Shown here one piece after another: positions 1 to 26,540 of a stretch of DNA of 64,000 nt. A program made the position numbers and the translations under genes. How positions within the stretch are numbered: the first letter of the stretch is position 1; the number at the start of each line of letters is the position of its first letter. The stretch comes from Schmidtea polychroa. Taxonomy: Eukaryota. The stretch lies in NCBI GenBank assembly GCA_044892525.1, contig CM097885.1:9302001-9366000 (forward strand). Reading direction: 5' to 3'. Below the pieces are notes generated by a model. It ran no database searches. It saw nothing but the letters and a program-made list of their open reading frames with translations, and had not been told where the DNA came from.

Positions 1-1478
1 CGAATGTATCCATTTATTTAATTACATCATTCAACTTTACAATGATTTTATGAACATTAAAGAACAATGATTGAGGAGATGGAATCGTCCCTCCTGGCGG
101 TCTAAGGGCGGTGGCAGCGATGATTGCCGCTCTTAGGTGAGTCAGGAGGAGTGAGGACATCTGAAGAATGACAGTTATTTTACACCAGAAAACTGCCCAC
201 CGAGTGACGATCGATCAATTTCACCCGATAATTTTTTGAGAAGATGGGAACCTGACGGGATACAGGAAATCCATCGGTTGAGAATCACAGAAAACCTCCA
301 AGGATTTCGATTTTAGACGAAACGATTTAATTTTCCTTCGTAAACTCCTTATTTCCATGCGGCTATGATCGTTAGATCGGATGTAGGCACGATAACGAGC
401 AGTGTTTCCTTGTAGCGAAATACCCGATTCGATTGATGAACTGAATGTATGACATTTGCGTGAAGGTCGTCCTTTTGGACCAGGGTCGACCCGAGAATGA
501 ATGAGATTGTGGGTAAGTCCTTCTAAGGCACCTTAGAACCTGTACCGCGAGTGGGTTAAGAGTAGTCCTCAGGCAGGGGCTCACCTGTTAACCTACTCCA
601 ACCCGTGTGAGCAGCACCAACGTGGGAACACCGCCACGGGCTCACATGAGGGAATATTAACAAAGTCATGTGATGTATGTTGGGTAAATCTGAGTCCGAT
701 GTATGGGATTGCATGTCTGACTACGAAAATTTTCTTCTCCCCTTCATACACCAACATTATTATAAATATTTTATTCACTTTATTAAATAGAAAAAAATTG
801 GTTCATTTTCCCATAAAGCTCATGTTTCATAAATCCATTGATTTTTTTTAAATAATATTTGATTTTTGTAATAAGAAAAACTATTTTGTCAAAATGTAAT
901 TTTTACCCAAATTTTAAAAATTATATTTCCAAAAGTATATATACATTAATATCAATTGAATAATTTACCAATAGTTTCGATTTAAATTCGATTTAATTTT
1001 AATAATTAAAACAAGCAGACCTACCCATGAAAAGGTAATATCTTGAATGCTTAGCACGTATTTCCAAGCTGTTTTGTTTGATCTTGTATTAAAATTAGGG
1101 TTTCCAAAACGGATATATCGTATCTTATATCCTAGGTTATTTAATCTCATATCCGTATCCGATATCCGCGTAAAAAATGGCGGTTATTTTAAATTAAATT
1201 TTTTTTTAATTTTGAAAGTGATATTGTATGCATTACTCATGATTGTGCTCCAATGATGTTAAAGTACGCGAGAACTTGCCCCGCTAAAATCATTATATGT
1301 TTAAACTTAGACGTTTGTGATTAATTGTATTAACAACACGAACTTGTAGATAATCGTGAAACTGAACCTGACCTACTTGATGATTATGAATACGTTTTTC
1401 AGTATGAGGCCGGTATCGACACCTATGTTGACGAAAATATAACTATTTTTGAACACTTGAAGCTATACTGAAAATTGT

Positions 1479-2290
1479 GTGCTTTTTAGATATTCTCCAA
1501 TACGCAACAACATCCTGCAAAATTATGTTAAAATCGAATTCCAACATCAATATGAACTAATCCTAGATATTAAGGTTCGATGGAACTCAATTTCACCCAT
1601 GATAGAAAGATTTTTGAAGTTGAAAACGCAAATTTTACAAGCTTTAAATGATTTGAATGCTCATTATTTGATGGATAAAGTTGACTTTGAAATATTAAAA
1701 AATATCTATCTTTCTCTACAGCCCATAAAACTAGCAGTGGAAGCATTAAGTCGAAAAGACACAAATATTTAAGGTATTTTATCCTTCTTGAAAAACTAAA
1801 TGGAAACATTCAATTCGAAATAAGTCGCGATTTGTTAAAGTCAATTGAAAATCGAATTGTATCAAGAAAAAATGATAATATTACTGCTTTACTAAAATTT
1901 CTTGTTAACCCAACTTCAACAAAATCCACTCTTAGTTTTGCTTCAGGTTTTATGAAGAGACTTTTCCCTTCTGAGGCTAAAGAAGAAGTTCTGTGTGAAG
2001 AATTTGCAGTCATAGTTGAAACAGAAATAGAATTGGCTGAAGAAAAATTGTCCAACATTCAAGAGGTAGGAATATCAAATGATAACATCACTTTAAAACA
2101 AGAATTCAACATCTTCAAGAAAACTTCTATCAGAACAAAAATTTTTGAATTACTTTATATGGCATTGAAAACAGCGAAGCCGACTTCAACAGATTCCGAG
2201 AGGACTTTTTCGGTTTCTAGAAACTTCTGCACGAAGATCAGATCTCGCCTCTTTTGATTATCACTCAATGCATTGGAGTTTCTAAAATAA
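1479..2290 (+). pseudogene. Degenerate hAT-superfamily transposase (C-terminal half)
   Basis: ORF pieces FRYSPIRNNILQ..LILDIKVRWNS..MIERFLKLK and KPTSTDSERTFS (hAT RW motif and dimerisation domain), broken by stops and frameshifts. Similar to the transposase at 17051-18300. Confidence 0.8.
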
Positions 2291-5031
2291 TATTATTTAA
2301 ATGACAAAATGCAGTAAATACAATTTTAGTTATACCAATATGGTTAATACCTGTTTCGATCTGGGTTAAATTCTTGAGTTTCACGATCTGACTGTTGAAC
2401 TCCTCGGAAAATAGTCTAAATTATTCTTGATTCACTTTTAGCCTAAAACTCCAATTTTACAATTTGTTAGTGATGTAAACTTGACACAAAAATCTTTCTA
2501 ACAATTGGTGAATTATTCCTAGGAGTCATGTATTACACATATATTTTCAAATTCCAACCACTTGGTATTGTATTTCAAATTTACTCCCACTTGACGTAGA
2601 TTTTCTTGCAACACTGTTTAACACTACTGTTGTGCGACTTAAATTTCACAGTACGATTTTCCCGATTCAATGAAATTTCTTATAATAAAATGAAATTGTA
2701 AAAATTATATATATTTACAAATTACTATTTGTATTATATTATTTATTTATTACTATTAATATAATATATTATTTATTAATTACTAATTATAGAAAACGTC
2801 AAATTTTAATTACTATTTATAGTTATTATTATTATTTGTTTATTACTATTTATAGACAAGTTTATTTAAAAACTTCATTTTAAGTATTTTATTTATATCC
2901 AAAATTGCCAATTATTGTCATTAATTATTTAATTACCCTTATTTCGGCCATATGGCTTTGATGGGCATTGACCTCATGGTCAATTGAACCCAAACATTTA
3001 AACAAAGATGCTTTCTTTCACACTTGCTTTATCAGTAACCCAAATGAAGTTTCATTTACTTAATAAATTCACCATGTTCTACTTATTCTCACCCGCCATA
3101 TTCCTGATCGTCACAAATTTCAGTGTCACAATTTTCAAAATGTTTTCTACTTCATTATCTTCTGATTTGTTTCTTCAAAAATTTTATATAAAACGTTAAT
3201 TACAAGTTGTATAGTGTGTTCTGAAACATAATTGTTGATACACTGATAATAACTACTTCTACATGGGTTATATACGATATCATAATGCAAATTTAGTTTT
3301 CACTTTTCTACAAACAACTAACTGCATTTTCTGCAGCCATTGCAGCACTAATACGAACTAGACCCAAGTCCTAGTATTTTGATTTTGTAAATGAACATAT
3401 TTATATTCACGTATTTCCAATTCTGTACATTGGAGTCAAACAGACCCCATTCATTTTAATATATGACGAAACAATGCTTCTAGTTAAATTTTTTTAAATC
3501 TTTGAAATTAACATATTGCTTTTGAATAAAGTAGGTATTTAAAAAAAAGAATATCTTACAAAATATATGAAAATGAACCTGTGAACCATGGAAAGTAAGT
3601 AGAGTGAAAGTTACTGATTCATTCATCGCATTTTGATAAAAGATCTGGTAAAAGCAAAAAACAACTATCAATATAAAACTGTTTAAAATTTACTTAATTT
3701 ACAATTTAAAAACATTCTTTTTAACAAAATTTATAACATTTACAATTTCATTCTTTGAACCCAAATTTTTAATTTTCAATCTTTAAACTATTTTTAACAA
3801 TGTTTCACAGCACATCGATTGACAGAAAATCACTTGCCTGGTTTTCGTTAGTCGGTAAGTTCAGCTTTAATATTGTACTGGGAGACATTAGGGATTTCTT
3901 ACAAATCCAATAGCACGGACATCCGAAGAACGACATAAAATATTAAATGAAAGCCCATTTAATGTAGTATAACGCGAAAAAGTTACAGGAAGTCACTTTT
4001 GCTTACGCTATAAACAAAGAAAGCAATTATTTAATTTCTTCGGTGGTTCAATTTTATTCTTTAATTGAATTTATATTTTCGAAATAAAACATTTTTTTAC
4101 AATCGCTCAGCTTACGCATTGTAGTCGCGCGTTTCTCATCACATGGGAAATCTGTCCATATTTCTTACTTAGTTTCTTTAAAATATTCTTAGTAAACAGC
4201 CATTGTTATTTGAATAAAAATATAAAATAATATTAATTCAGAAACCATAATTAATTTTTCAATATAATACTTATAAATCACTAATTTCAGCAAAGTATTA
4301 GAGTATAAAACAATATTAAATTCAATATATCATTTGTTATTCGAAAACATGCTAATATTTGCATATTAACCCGTTATCTCCCAATTTTTTTTAATATATG
4401 TAGCTGTCCTACAAATAGAACACTGGTAGATAAAATAATTGTAGAAATTTTATAATACAAGGTTAACCGATGTACTAATAATTATTTAGTACGGTTAAAG
4501 TGGAATAAATGTTTTGACCATTAAATAAAATAATCAAAATTTGCTATAAATAACGAAAACTAAATATTTCCTTTTTTTCACTTTAAATTTTAATACTCTT
4601 CAATATTGAAATTGAAATATATATAATATTCATGATATGGGAATTTTACCAAAAACATTTCAATGACTGCTATAAGTTTTGTATACTCGGAACCATTAGA
4701 CTCGCATCAATCTAGCATAGGACACAAATTCCCTACATTCACACTAAATGAGGGAGACTTAAAAACGGCAGTTATCGCTTCAGATACTTTAAACACGTAA
4801 CCAGCATCTCTGCTCACCTTAACCAACATGATACGATACATTGCTAATAAACCTCAAAAAGGTCAATTTTATCAATGTTGGATAAGAACCCGCCTGCAGT
4901 GTTTCCGACAATATTTGCGTCGTATCCTTCCATCTTTAGGAGACTCAGAGGAGTGATCTTATCCCCACACTCACCTATAAGTATATCATGCGACTCCCAC
5001 TGGTCTTCCAAAGTCTCAGTTATGATGGTAA

Positions 5032-6110
5032 TTAGGGTGGGCCGACTTTTGATTTGGAAGTCGGAATTGACCGGATTCCTATTTTTGCCGATTAATCGGC
5101 ATCCGGTACGAACAGGCCTACCGATTCAAATAGTGTTAAAACCTTTTAATAATAAATCATAAAATTATAAATAAGTATTGAGCGTTAAATACGTTTATAA
5201 TACCTTTTTCATGTATCCATTACATTATCATGTCTAATAAAAATATTAAAAAACAAATAAAATTGATCAAAACAAACACTTCTTTATTATTATATTATGG
5301 TTTCAATTACATAAAAATTTCCATAAATAAAATCTCCGTAAAAGTGTGCTCCGACTATGACAATAAACGGTCTGTTTGTTATTTGAAACCGAGCAGCACT
5401 AATCGAGGCTTGTAATAAATATTGTTCCAGAACAACATGCCTGGCTGTACATGAAGCAGAGATCGAATTACTAAGAGCTTTTAATAAAAAATACTTTTAA
5501 GGCAGATTAATCAAGATTAAAATATAAATTCACCAGTGAGCTAGCGCCAACAATAATTTTATTAAACTTCAGGCCAATTACTGTCTTCACTGATCAATCT
5601 AGATAAAAATATAAATCCACCAATCAATGGGGCTTGCAGCCTTGCACCAGCAATTTGTATTAGACTCTTTTAGGGATATTTAAATAATTAATTTATAAAT
5701 AAAATATATATTGTGTTATAAGTATCAAGTACTATTATATAGTAAAAGTATAATAAATATAAATGCTGGCACGCGTAATTAGCATTATTATTAAATTCGC
5801 CATTTAAATCGGGTGTTTTAATAATACCAGATTTAGGCAACAATTTGTATTAAGCTTTTATTATTAACAGACTCAAAATCCATATTTAAAGATTTACAAA
5901 ACTAAATCATTCAAATATTTTAATAAGATTCTGAAGTTCATTTAATATAACTAAAACTAGAAATGTCAAAGCCAAGAAGTAATATTTGGGAGTATTTTGA
6001 AATCAAATCTATTGATGAGAGTAAGGCAAATTGTCTAATTTGCAGGGATAAACTCAGGCGAGGTGGGAATGACTCACGTAATATTGGTAATATGAACCTC
6101 CATATAAGCG
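5032..6110 (+). mobile_element. 5' part of a hAT element with BED zinc finger
   Basis: TAGGG-type end at ~5032 with CCGATTAATCGG subterminal motif. ORF 5963 MSKPRSNIWEYF...ANCLIC matches the BED finger WxxF..CxxC pattern and is truncated near 6110. Confidence 0.6.
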
Positions 6111-7016
6111 ATAATCAACTCCTGGTTATTCAGGAGTCTTCTTATGGTGGGGAGAATCATTTTGGCTAGATCGTCAGTTTGAAGTATAGATCTAGGATTC
6201 TTGCATCTAGGTTTGCTTCTTAATCCTTCACTAGGGTAGCCAAAAAAATCAAAGCTTTATTATTGATTACAAATTGGCTATTAAGGCATAAAGGGACAGA
6301 CTTTCAACTCTTCATTCTCTAAGGCTTTTTCATCAGTCTTATGGTTGGTGTGCTTGGAGCAATTACAACAAACATTATCTTCGACTTCACCATAGTCTCT
6401 GCTGTAGTATTGATGCATTGTATAGTATTGTTTTAATGCATTGTTTTACACTAATATAAATATATATATTTCGATTGGACTTCATTGTTTCGGCCAAATT
6501 GATTTGATCTTTAAGTTCATTTGATCTATTACTATTTCTGTCAGACGTGTTTTCATTGAGATTGAGGAACTTCAAGGTAGATGTATTTGATTTGATATAA
6601 GCTGTTTCTGTGCTAGGTATTCGTATTCTGAAGCTATGATTGGGTATAATAGGAAGGTTAATGAGTAGTGGGATGAGATTAGTAAGGAGAATTAGGAGAC
6701 GATTGATGGAAGTTGTAAGGAGTAATAGGTGTAAGTATAGTAGTAAAAAGGAGTAGTAATATGAAGGGTAGGGAGGTCTTGTGAGGGGTGGGTAGTATGA
6801 AAAGTAGTATGAAGGAGTATTGAAATGTTAAGGATTAATATACAGGAGTATCAGATATTATGTTTACACAAGCACAATAAAGACTATAGATAAAGACTAC
6901 CATAACTTCTATTCCAATTACTTTTTAATCTTAATTGCATTACAGGATCTTTTGATCGGAATTGATTTATATTTTTCGTTCTTATTCACTCTTTGTAACA
7001 GAAAAATTTTCAAGTA

Positions 7017-7605
7017 CCGTAATATCTCGACTATAAGTTGATTCATGTTTAAGTGGAAGTGTAATTTTTGGTAGAAAATAGTGTCTCAAATCAATGACTC
7101 GAATATAAGTTGAAACATAAAATCGAACTTATTATATATTAAATACTATCTAATATCTAATTTTAATAAAAAAATTACCAACATGTTAATACAAATTAAT
7201 AACTTCCGGTTTGTATAGAACAAAAATAGTAAAGGAAGCATATTCAAATAAATGCAATTAAAATATAATTTAAAATCCTAAAAACTCTTCATAATCTGTT
7301 GCTAGAGTTCATTAAAGAGTTCTTTTCTGAACTATGCCTCAGCAGTATAGTCGTCATTATCGTCATCACTATTGGTCTCGGTTTCATCTCCATCTTGGTG
7401 CAGTGCATCATATTGTAAGCCGTTCATTGCGTTCGAGATTCCACATTTCAGGAATGACTTTCGCACCATCTCTTCTGGTATGGAGTCCCACGCCTCCTTG
7501 ATCCAATTCTCCCATATTATTTGCCTTCCGAGTATACGTCGATGATCTTTTTCATTATCCCGGAAAAAGAACTAAATTTCTCGACTTATAGTCGAGTACA
7601 TGCGG
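7017..7605 (-). mobile_element. Internally deleted pogo/Tigger-like DNA transposon
   Basis: TA-flanked imperfect TIRs (CCGTAATATCTCGACTATAAG / CTTATAGTCGAGTACATGCGG). Minus strand encodes the pogo C-terminus WIKEAWDSIPEEMVRKSFLKCGISNAMNG plus an acidic tail. Confidence 0.85.
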
Positions 7606-9392
7606 TACATTAAATTTTTGTCAATTTTCGATAAGTATCACGTTTGTTGAAGATAATTATTTATTTCAGAAGTTGATGTTCATTTACAGCTACTAATTTT
7701 CAAATATTTCATTTAAATTTCATGAACAATATTTCCAAAAAGTAAATTTCTTTCATATTTTAATCCCTCAATTTATCAATTTTATATTTATATGTATTGA
7801 ACCTCATTTTATTACCACGATATAAACATTATTTAGTTTTATTTGGAATCATTTATATTAAATTATTTGAAATATCTATATAATTTAATTCAATGTACTA
7901 AGTAAAACAAAAATTTCAGATTTCTAATATTCGAACACGAAAAATTAATCAATTTCAAATAAAAAAAATACATACCCTTTCCAATGCAAATCACTAATAA
8001 TGCACACACCAATACGAAAAACAATTTTAATAATAACGCACACACAGACCCGATAAAAACAACAAAAAAACGCGCACATAGACGTGAGGCCGAAATCGGC
8101 TGAAACACCACATAAAAATTTATATTATATTTAACTTTTTAATATTCTTAATTTTAAAATTCTTTTCATTTTTTATTTAATTTCTTGTGCTTAGACTAGA
8201 ACAATTTTTTTCAAGATATATTTATCTATAGTCTGAAAACAAAGTTATTATAACCGATATTACAACTGTTTTTAAATATATTAATAAATTTCTTGTTATA
8301 AATGATACTATTCAATAAACAAGACTCAGCAATATTGAAACTTTATTTACAACACAATTACACTAAATCTTCCACCGGACGATAACCTGCATTTTTAATA
8401 AGATAATGCCTGGGTTTATCGTTTTTCTATCTCACACTTTCGATGACTAATGACTAATTTCTTTTAAACAAATAGATAGTTTAATTTTATTCACCTTTGA
8501 TCATTTTTTATATAAAATTTCGTTTCAAACTACGCATGTTTTATATTTTACACAAATTTTCGACAATTCATGTGATTTTGATTAAACAATTTTGTATTTT
8601 ATTTAAGGTTTGAATCCAGCCTTACGTAGAAATTTCATCAGCGGATCCTTTCACTACATATAAAATTTACTTGAAATTCAAATAATAATTTTTTAAACAT
8701 AGTTTTATATAAAAACCAAATATATCCTGACAAATCGTTACTATTTACCTAATAACTTAATATTACAATTTCTTCACTAGCTCGATTATTTTTCTAAACA
8801 ATGAATATATTTTAAATTAAATATTATGTAAAAAACACTTGAATAGTTAAATTCATTAGTCGGAAATATATTTTCTTATTTTTTTGTCCAAATAAACGGA
8901 CGAGTTAATAAATTTTCCCAAATATCCATGTTAAATCCCAGCATTTATCTAAAATTTGCAATCCCATTCTAATTTTCAATCCAAAATGAATTAACAATTA
9001 TATTATCGACTCTAATTTTTCATATAGTTGGTATCTTCTATGGAAATACCATTATGTAACACCTTAGTAAAATTCCACCATTTTCCAATATAAATTTTCA
9101 GTGTTTGAGTTTTGTTTTAAAACTAACATAATTACTCATTCTAAAATGATTGTATTCTGGCTTAGAAAAATAATAAAAATTTACTATATGCTATCTTACC
9201 AATATGTTGTATTGTGGCTTGTAAAAATAATAATTATTATGTAAGCTTTCGCTTCAAGTTTTATTAAGTGAGAATTTTCGATTATGAAATAATTCTTTTC
9301 AATTTTATTTAAAAATAATAGAATTGTTCAACGTATAGCTCTACTCTTTTTAATACATCTGTATTTTATTGGATATAAATAACAGATGTTGA

Positions 9393-9502
<110 letters not shown>

Positions 9503-10162
9503 CTTAAATAACAGACTTAGGATGTTTTAAAACTATAACTTTCATTATTTGAATTGAAATATTTCAACAAAGTCGAAAGATAATCAGGTTGGCAATTTTA
9601 CTTACTTTTACTTCAATATTCAGTACTCCATGTTTGTCTCTGATGAGAATAGTATCTTAAACATGGTGATAAAATATTAGTTCATCCAAATTCGAGAAAT
9701 TTTTTCAATAGTTATGTGGCTCTGTTGGTTTTGAATTAGTACTTCATAGACTGTCTTCAATTGTCCATTCCTTCAATACAATATATTTTATCATTTTTTA
9801 ATGGAGTTTGGAAGTGTCGAGTTCCTATTTCTGCATTGCAAAGTGAAATTCTGTTTTATTTCACTAGTGGCAAAGGAAAATGGCGTTACATGTGATCAAA
9901 AACAATTTACCATAATTATTTAAAATATTTAATTTTCTATAAAAGCAATGATTTTATTAATTGCATTTAGCAAATTGTTAATAGCGAATAATTTGTTTAT
10001 TTAAAAATATAAGTTAATATTATTATAATATTCCTATAATTTATACATGCATTGCATAAATATTACAACTTTATAGCAGAGTACTTAACTAATAAACAAA
10101 ATCATTTATGCCATAATGATTGTTAATATTATTATAGGTTTCCAATTATAACTTTCATTCAG

Positions 10163-22280
<12,118 letters not shown>

Positions 22281-24003
22281 GTGCAAATCCCCCATAGGAT
22301 TTGCTTTGTGTAGAAATAAATTATTATTATATTTTTTAATTCTGTTTTAATTGATTTTAAAAATTATTTTAAATTGAGTAAATTTGTTTTAAAATTTTTT
22401 AATGTAATTTTTGAATTTGTTGCCAAATTATTTTGATGAACAATGTCGGTTAACGCAATATATATATTTGAATTGAATATTTCAAGTAAGTTGAATAAAT
22501 AACATAAATTTCGTCATCAATATCTACTAAAAATGCTTGATTGTTTCTGTAATTACTAACAGTTCTCCATCGAAAGTTGAATAGTTTTTTCACTATTGCT
22601 GAATATTTATCAAAATGTAAAATATCAGCTTGTACAGGAACTTCTCTATGGCTGTGAAAGAATTATTTATTTCGTTCAAATAATGTAACCATTTATGATT
22701 TCTGTAAAGTAATGTATAAAGTCACAAAATAAAACGGAAGTAGAATAAAGATCAATAAAAACACCGAAATAGGAATAGTGCAGAAATTAATATCAATCGG
22801 GGAAATGGGTATGGTTGAACTCGAAAACATGAGACGAATACAAAAATAATAATAAAACTTTAGTGAGAGGTCCATAAAATATATAAAGTAAAATAACAAA
22901 CTAATTAATTAATTAATCGTTAATGGAAGGCCTGAACTAATGAGAAACTTGGAACACCCGACTAATCAGAAGTAGAAACGAACTCGACTGAGCGTCAGTT
23001 TAGAAGTGAAATTGGTAGGTTTCAAATAATCCCCAAAAGAATTTAAATAACGGTTACCTAATATTAGGTATAAGCCGATAATTATTGGGTAAATGTTGAT
23101 TCAATGTCGGATAATATCTTACAGAAAAGTATTATAGGAAAGTTGGCAGTTGGTTGAAGAAACAAAATCAGAGGGCGTTTACCAAAATCCAAAAGTCCTA
23201 AAGAAAGAAAAGAAATCAAGTAAAGATAGATAAAACTAAATTATCGTACCAGAAAAAGTAATTACACCTTGGGCAACCTACCCTTTGATAACGATTGCCT
23301 ACGAAAGAAAGGTTAGTTATTTGATTGGAAAAGGAGACGAAGAGTCGGCAACTAACCGACTTGTTAAATAACATTTTTCTATTTAACTTAACATGCAGAG
23401 TTGCTTATTGTATCGATTTTAAGATTAAGTTTAAGCAGTTTTTTTAAGCAATCTATAAAATTTTCTGGAAAAAATATGCTGACCCAAAAGAACCACTTTT
23501 TACATAATCTAAAAAGGTAAATTAGATTTTAAACTCAGACGGACACGACAGAAAAGTCTAAAATCGCACGCAACATAGCACGGAATAACAAAACAGTCAC
23601 ACAATTAGATATTTGCACGCATTATCTAGCGAATCGAAATCTGAAATCGAAAGAAATTGTACATTCAATTGGTAAATTTTTGATTATAAATTAACATTTT
23701 TAAACAGTTTTTGTCTTTGTTATTTTAAAATAACGAGACCTCAACACAAATAAAAGAGGAGAGTATATAAATCAAAAGATTTTTCAGTTCTATCGCCAAT
23801 TAAAATTTTGTTGATGACGTCATGTTATTCATATTTTTATTAAACTAAATTTTGACTACATAGATTACATAATTTTGCTCAGGAAATTGTAATAATTATT
23901 TAACACACTTTCGTTGTCAAATAAATTTTTGAACCAGTTTTCTCTAATTATTTATATAGTATATCAAGTTGAGAATTTATCAAATTCAACATTATTTATT
24001 CAT

Positions 24004-24966
24004 TTAACCTTCAATTTGAAGATATTTGGTAAAACAATAATTATTCAAGCTATTTTTTACATCTATTGCAGTTGGTCGTTTTGTTGAAACTTTAATCAGC
24101 ATTCTTTGAATTATAGTTGCAACAAATGAATCAGTGTTTTGAACATTAGTCAGATTTATTTCGTCTTTGATAGTTATATTTTTAATTTCATCCACCTTTA
24201 AAACATTCGGATTCAATGGATGATAACCGGTATAAAGAATTATCATGACAATCGCACATGACCATATGTCAACTGCTAAAGTTTGAGGTTCGTTTAAAAG
24301 AATTTCTGGTGCTATGTACCCCACCGTCCCTACTAGACACACAACCGGATTTTTCTTATCATAAAAAATAGAGAGACCGAAGTCGATTAATTTCACTTTT
24401 AACAGGATTTTGTTATATTTGTAACAGACAATATTTTCCAATTTTATATCCCGATGAATGATGGACTTTGAATGAATGAATGAAACTGCACTAAATATTT
24501 GTATCGTTATTGTTAGAGCAGTACCTACAGTCAGTTTTCCATGAGACATAATCTCATTACAGAGATCGCCACCGCTGGCAAACTCGTATATAAGTGATTT
24601 TCCTAATATGCAGGTGTCAAAGCATTCAATGAAGGGAATTATATTTTCATGCTGACCTATTTTAAGCATCATTTTTAATTCAGTGATATAAAATTCAGAA
24701 TTCTTAAACACTTTCTGAACGTATAATTTTTCAGTTCTTTCCTCTTCCACGAGCAATACCATTGCCCCTTTGGTATTGTTTAAAGGTTTCACAACAATAT
24801 AATCATTTGTTTGCTCTTTGCTGAAATTTGACTTCAATTTAGAAATTAGTGGCGCAAAATTACCTCTTGTTATGCTCTTTATTATCGATCTAACTTTTGA
24901 AGTTGATTTTTTGGATTTGGTATTTTTATCATTTTTATTTTGTAGACTTTTGGTAAAGATTTTCAT
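24004..24966 (-). CDS. Intronless Ser/Thr protein kinase (CAMK-like), paralogue 1
   Basis: Uninterrupted ORF with the beta3 Lys (YVQK), alphaC Glu, HRDIKLEN, DFG, GTVGYIAPE, DIWSC and KRPTA. First ATG at 24966; the ORF track starts upstream at a TTG (25047). No GxGxxG loop. Confidence 0.9.
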   Translation of the reverse strand: MKIFTKSLQNKNDKNTKSKKSTSKVRSIIKSITRGNFAPLISKLKSNFSKEQTNDYIVVKPLNNTKGAMVLLVEEERTEKLYVQKVFKNSEFYITELKMMLKIGQHENIIPFIECFDTCILGKSLIYEFASGGDLCNEIMSHGKLTVGTALTITIQIFSAVSFIHSKSIIHRDIKLENIVCYKYNKILLKVKLIDFGLSIFYDKKNPVVCLVGTVGYIAPEILLNEPQTLAVDIWSCAIVMIILYTGYHPLNPNVLKVDEIKNITIKDEINLTNVQNTDSFVATIIQRMLIKVSTKRPTAIDVKNSLNNYCFTKYLQIEG

Positions 24967-25222
24967 AGTATATTTAGACGGTAATAAATATTTTATATTT
25001 CCTTGGAGCTTATTCTCATATAAATATAATATTATTACATAATACAATGTATTTTTATGTGAATAGTTTTCCGTAAAATATCATATTTATTTGATCTTAT
25101 CAGTGGCGCAGCCAAGGGGGGTCAACTAGCTGTGCCCCCCCATGGCAAAAAGAATTCGCACTTTTTTTCTTCGTTTTGTCATATGTTCAAAAATTAATAG
25201 GTCAATATTCATTATGTTAAAC

Positions 25223-25541
25223 CAGCGTTTCCCAAAGTTTTTTCACCGCGGCACCCTTTTTGATTTCAAGTTTTTGACGGAACCTTATTTACAAAAATCT
25301 TAGAATTTTAATATCAAATATTATTAAAACTAATTTTAAATTCGTACTTTAAATGTGTAGTTTAAAAGAATATAATTAAGAAACTGTTTCCCTTTGAAAA
25401 AGAATTTGAAATTGGATCGAATAAAATCGAGAATTATTTATTAATCTTTATTTATAAATCTTTTTTTTATAAATTATTTATTTACAAAAATTTCGCGGAA
25501 CCCCTGCTATCAGTCCACGGAACCCACTTTGGGAAACGCTG
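25223..25541. mobile_element. hAT (Charlie-like) MITE with 8-bp TSD TGTTAAAC
   Basis: TIRs CAGCGTTTCCCAAAGT / ACTTTGGGAAACGCTG, with TGTTAAAC on both sides. Confidence 0.93.
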
Positions 25542-25799
25542 TGTTAAACCATTAATTATTCGATTCATGTAAGATAAAGTGGAAATCTGGTTCCGTTATA
25601 TGGCTGAGAATGTAATGACAAATAAAATGGTTCCTCAAATGTGAAACACAGTAGAAATATATTAAAAAGAAAGGTTTTGGAGAAAGTTGCTTTTTAAAAT
25701 CGGTTTCTGTTTTATTTAATAGATAATAGATAGGCATAATAATTTTTGACATCCATCGAAGCCTGTGTCATGCTCCTGGAGCATTAAAAGTTGTTTAAC

Positions 25800-26540
25800 C
25801 ATACGTCATCCAGGTATTGGAGCTATACCATCGAAAACCAAAATCTACTAGTGAAATGGTTGTTGCAATAAAAACAATGTTTAGAAATGGTAAACCAGAT
25901 AATTTACAAACTGATTTGGGTAAAGAATTTTATAATAGCAAAGTTAAAGAAAATCTAAAGAAAATTACTCTGTTTTTTCACAATTCAAAGCTGCTCATGT
26001 GGAAAGGTTTAATAGGACATTAAGAGATCGATTGAAAATATATTTTGTACATCAAGGTAACAAAACTTGAATAAATGTTTTACCGAAAATAATTCATAGT
26101 ATCAATCATTCCGAACATGGAGGTCTAAAGGGTATGAGACCGATTGATGTAACATATAAAAATGCTATGAAAATATTATTTTCACAACAAGATGTAACAA
26201 AAATTAAGAAACCTAAATATAAAGTTGGTGATCATGTTAAAATAAGTAAAATATCGGCTTCACCATTCATTAAAAATTTTGACAACAACTGGAGTGACGA
26301 AGTCTTTCAAATATTGAAGATTAATACGAAACAGAGTCCCTTTATGTATGTTATTAAAGATATTGATAATAATGAAATCCAGGGTAAATTTTACGAACAG
26401 GAACTGCAAGTTATTCCGACACCATCTGTCTTTAGAATTGAAGAAATTCTAAAATCAAAATATAAATATAAGGATAAACAATATTAAGTCAAATGGCATG
26501 GATATCAAAACCCAACTTGGATATCAGCATCTCAAATTGA
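25800..26540 (+). pseudogene. Polinton-type retroviral-like (rve) integrase with C-terminal chromodomain, disrupted
   Basis: KPDNLQTDLGKEFYN, VERFNRTL, PKYKVGDHVKISK..NWSDEVFQI..IQGKFYEQELQ and VKWHGY..TWI, with frameshifts and stops. Confidence 0.88.

Noticed and set aside
1..790. GC-richer stretch with short ORFs, possibly an LTR-element remnant
   Set aside because: No catalytic motif or terminal repeat could be confirmed within the window.
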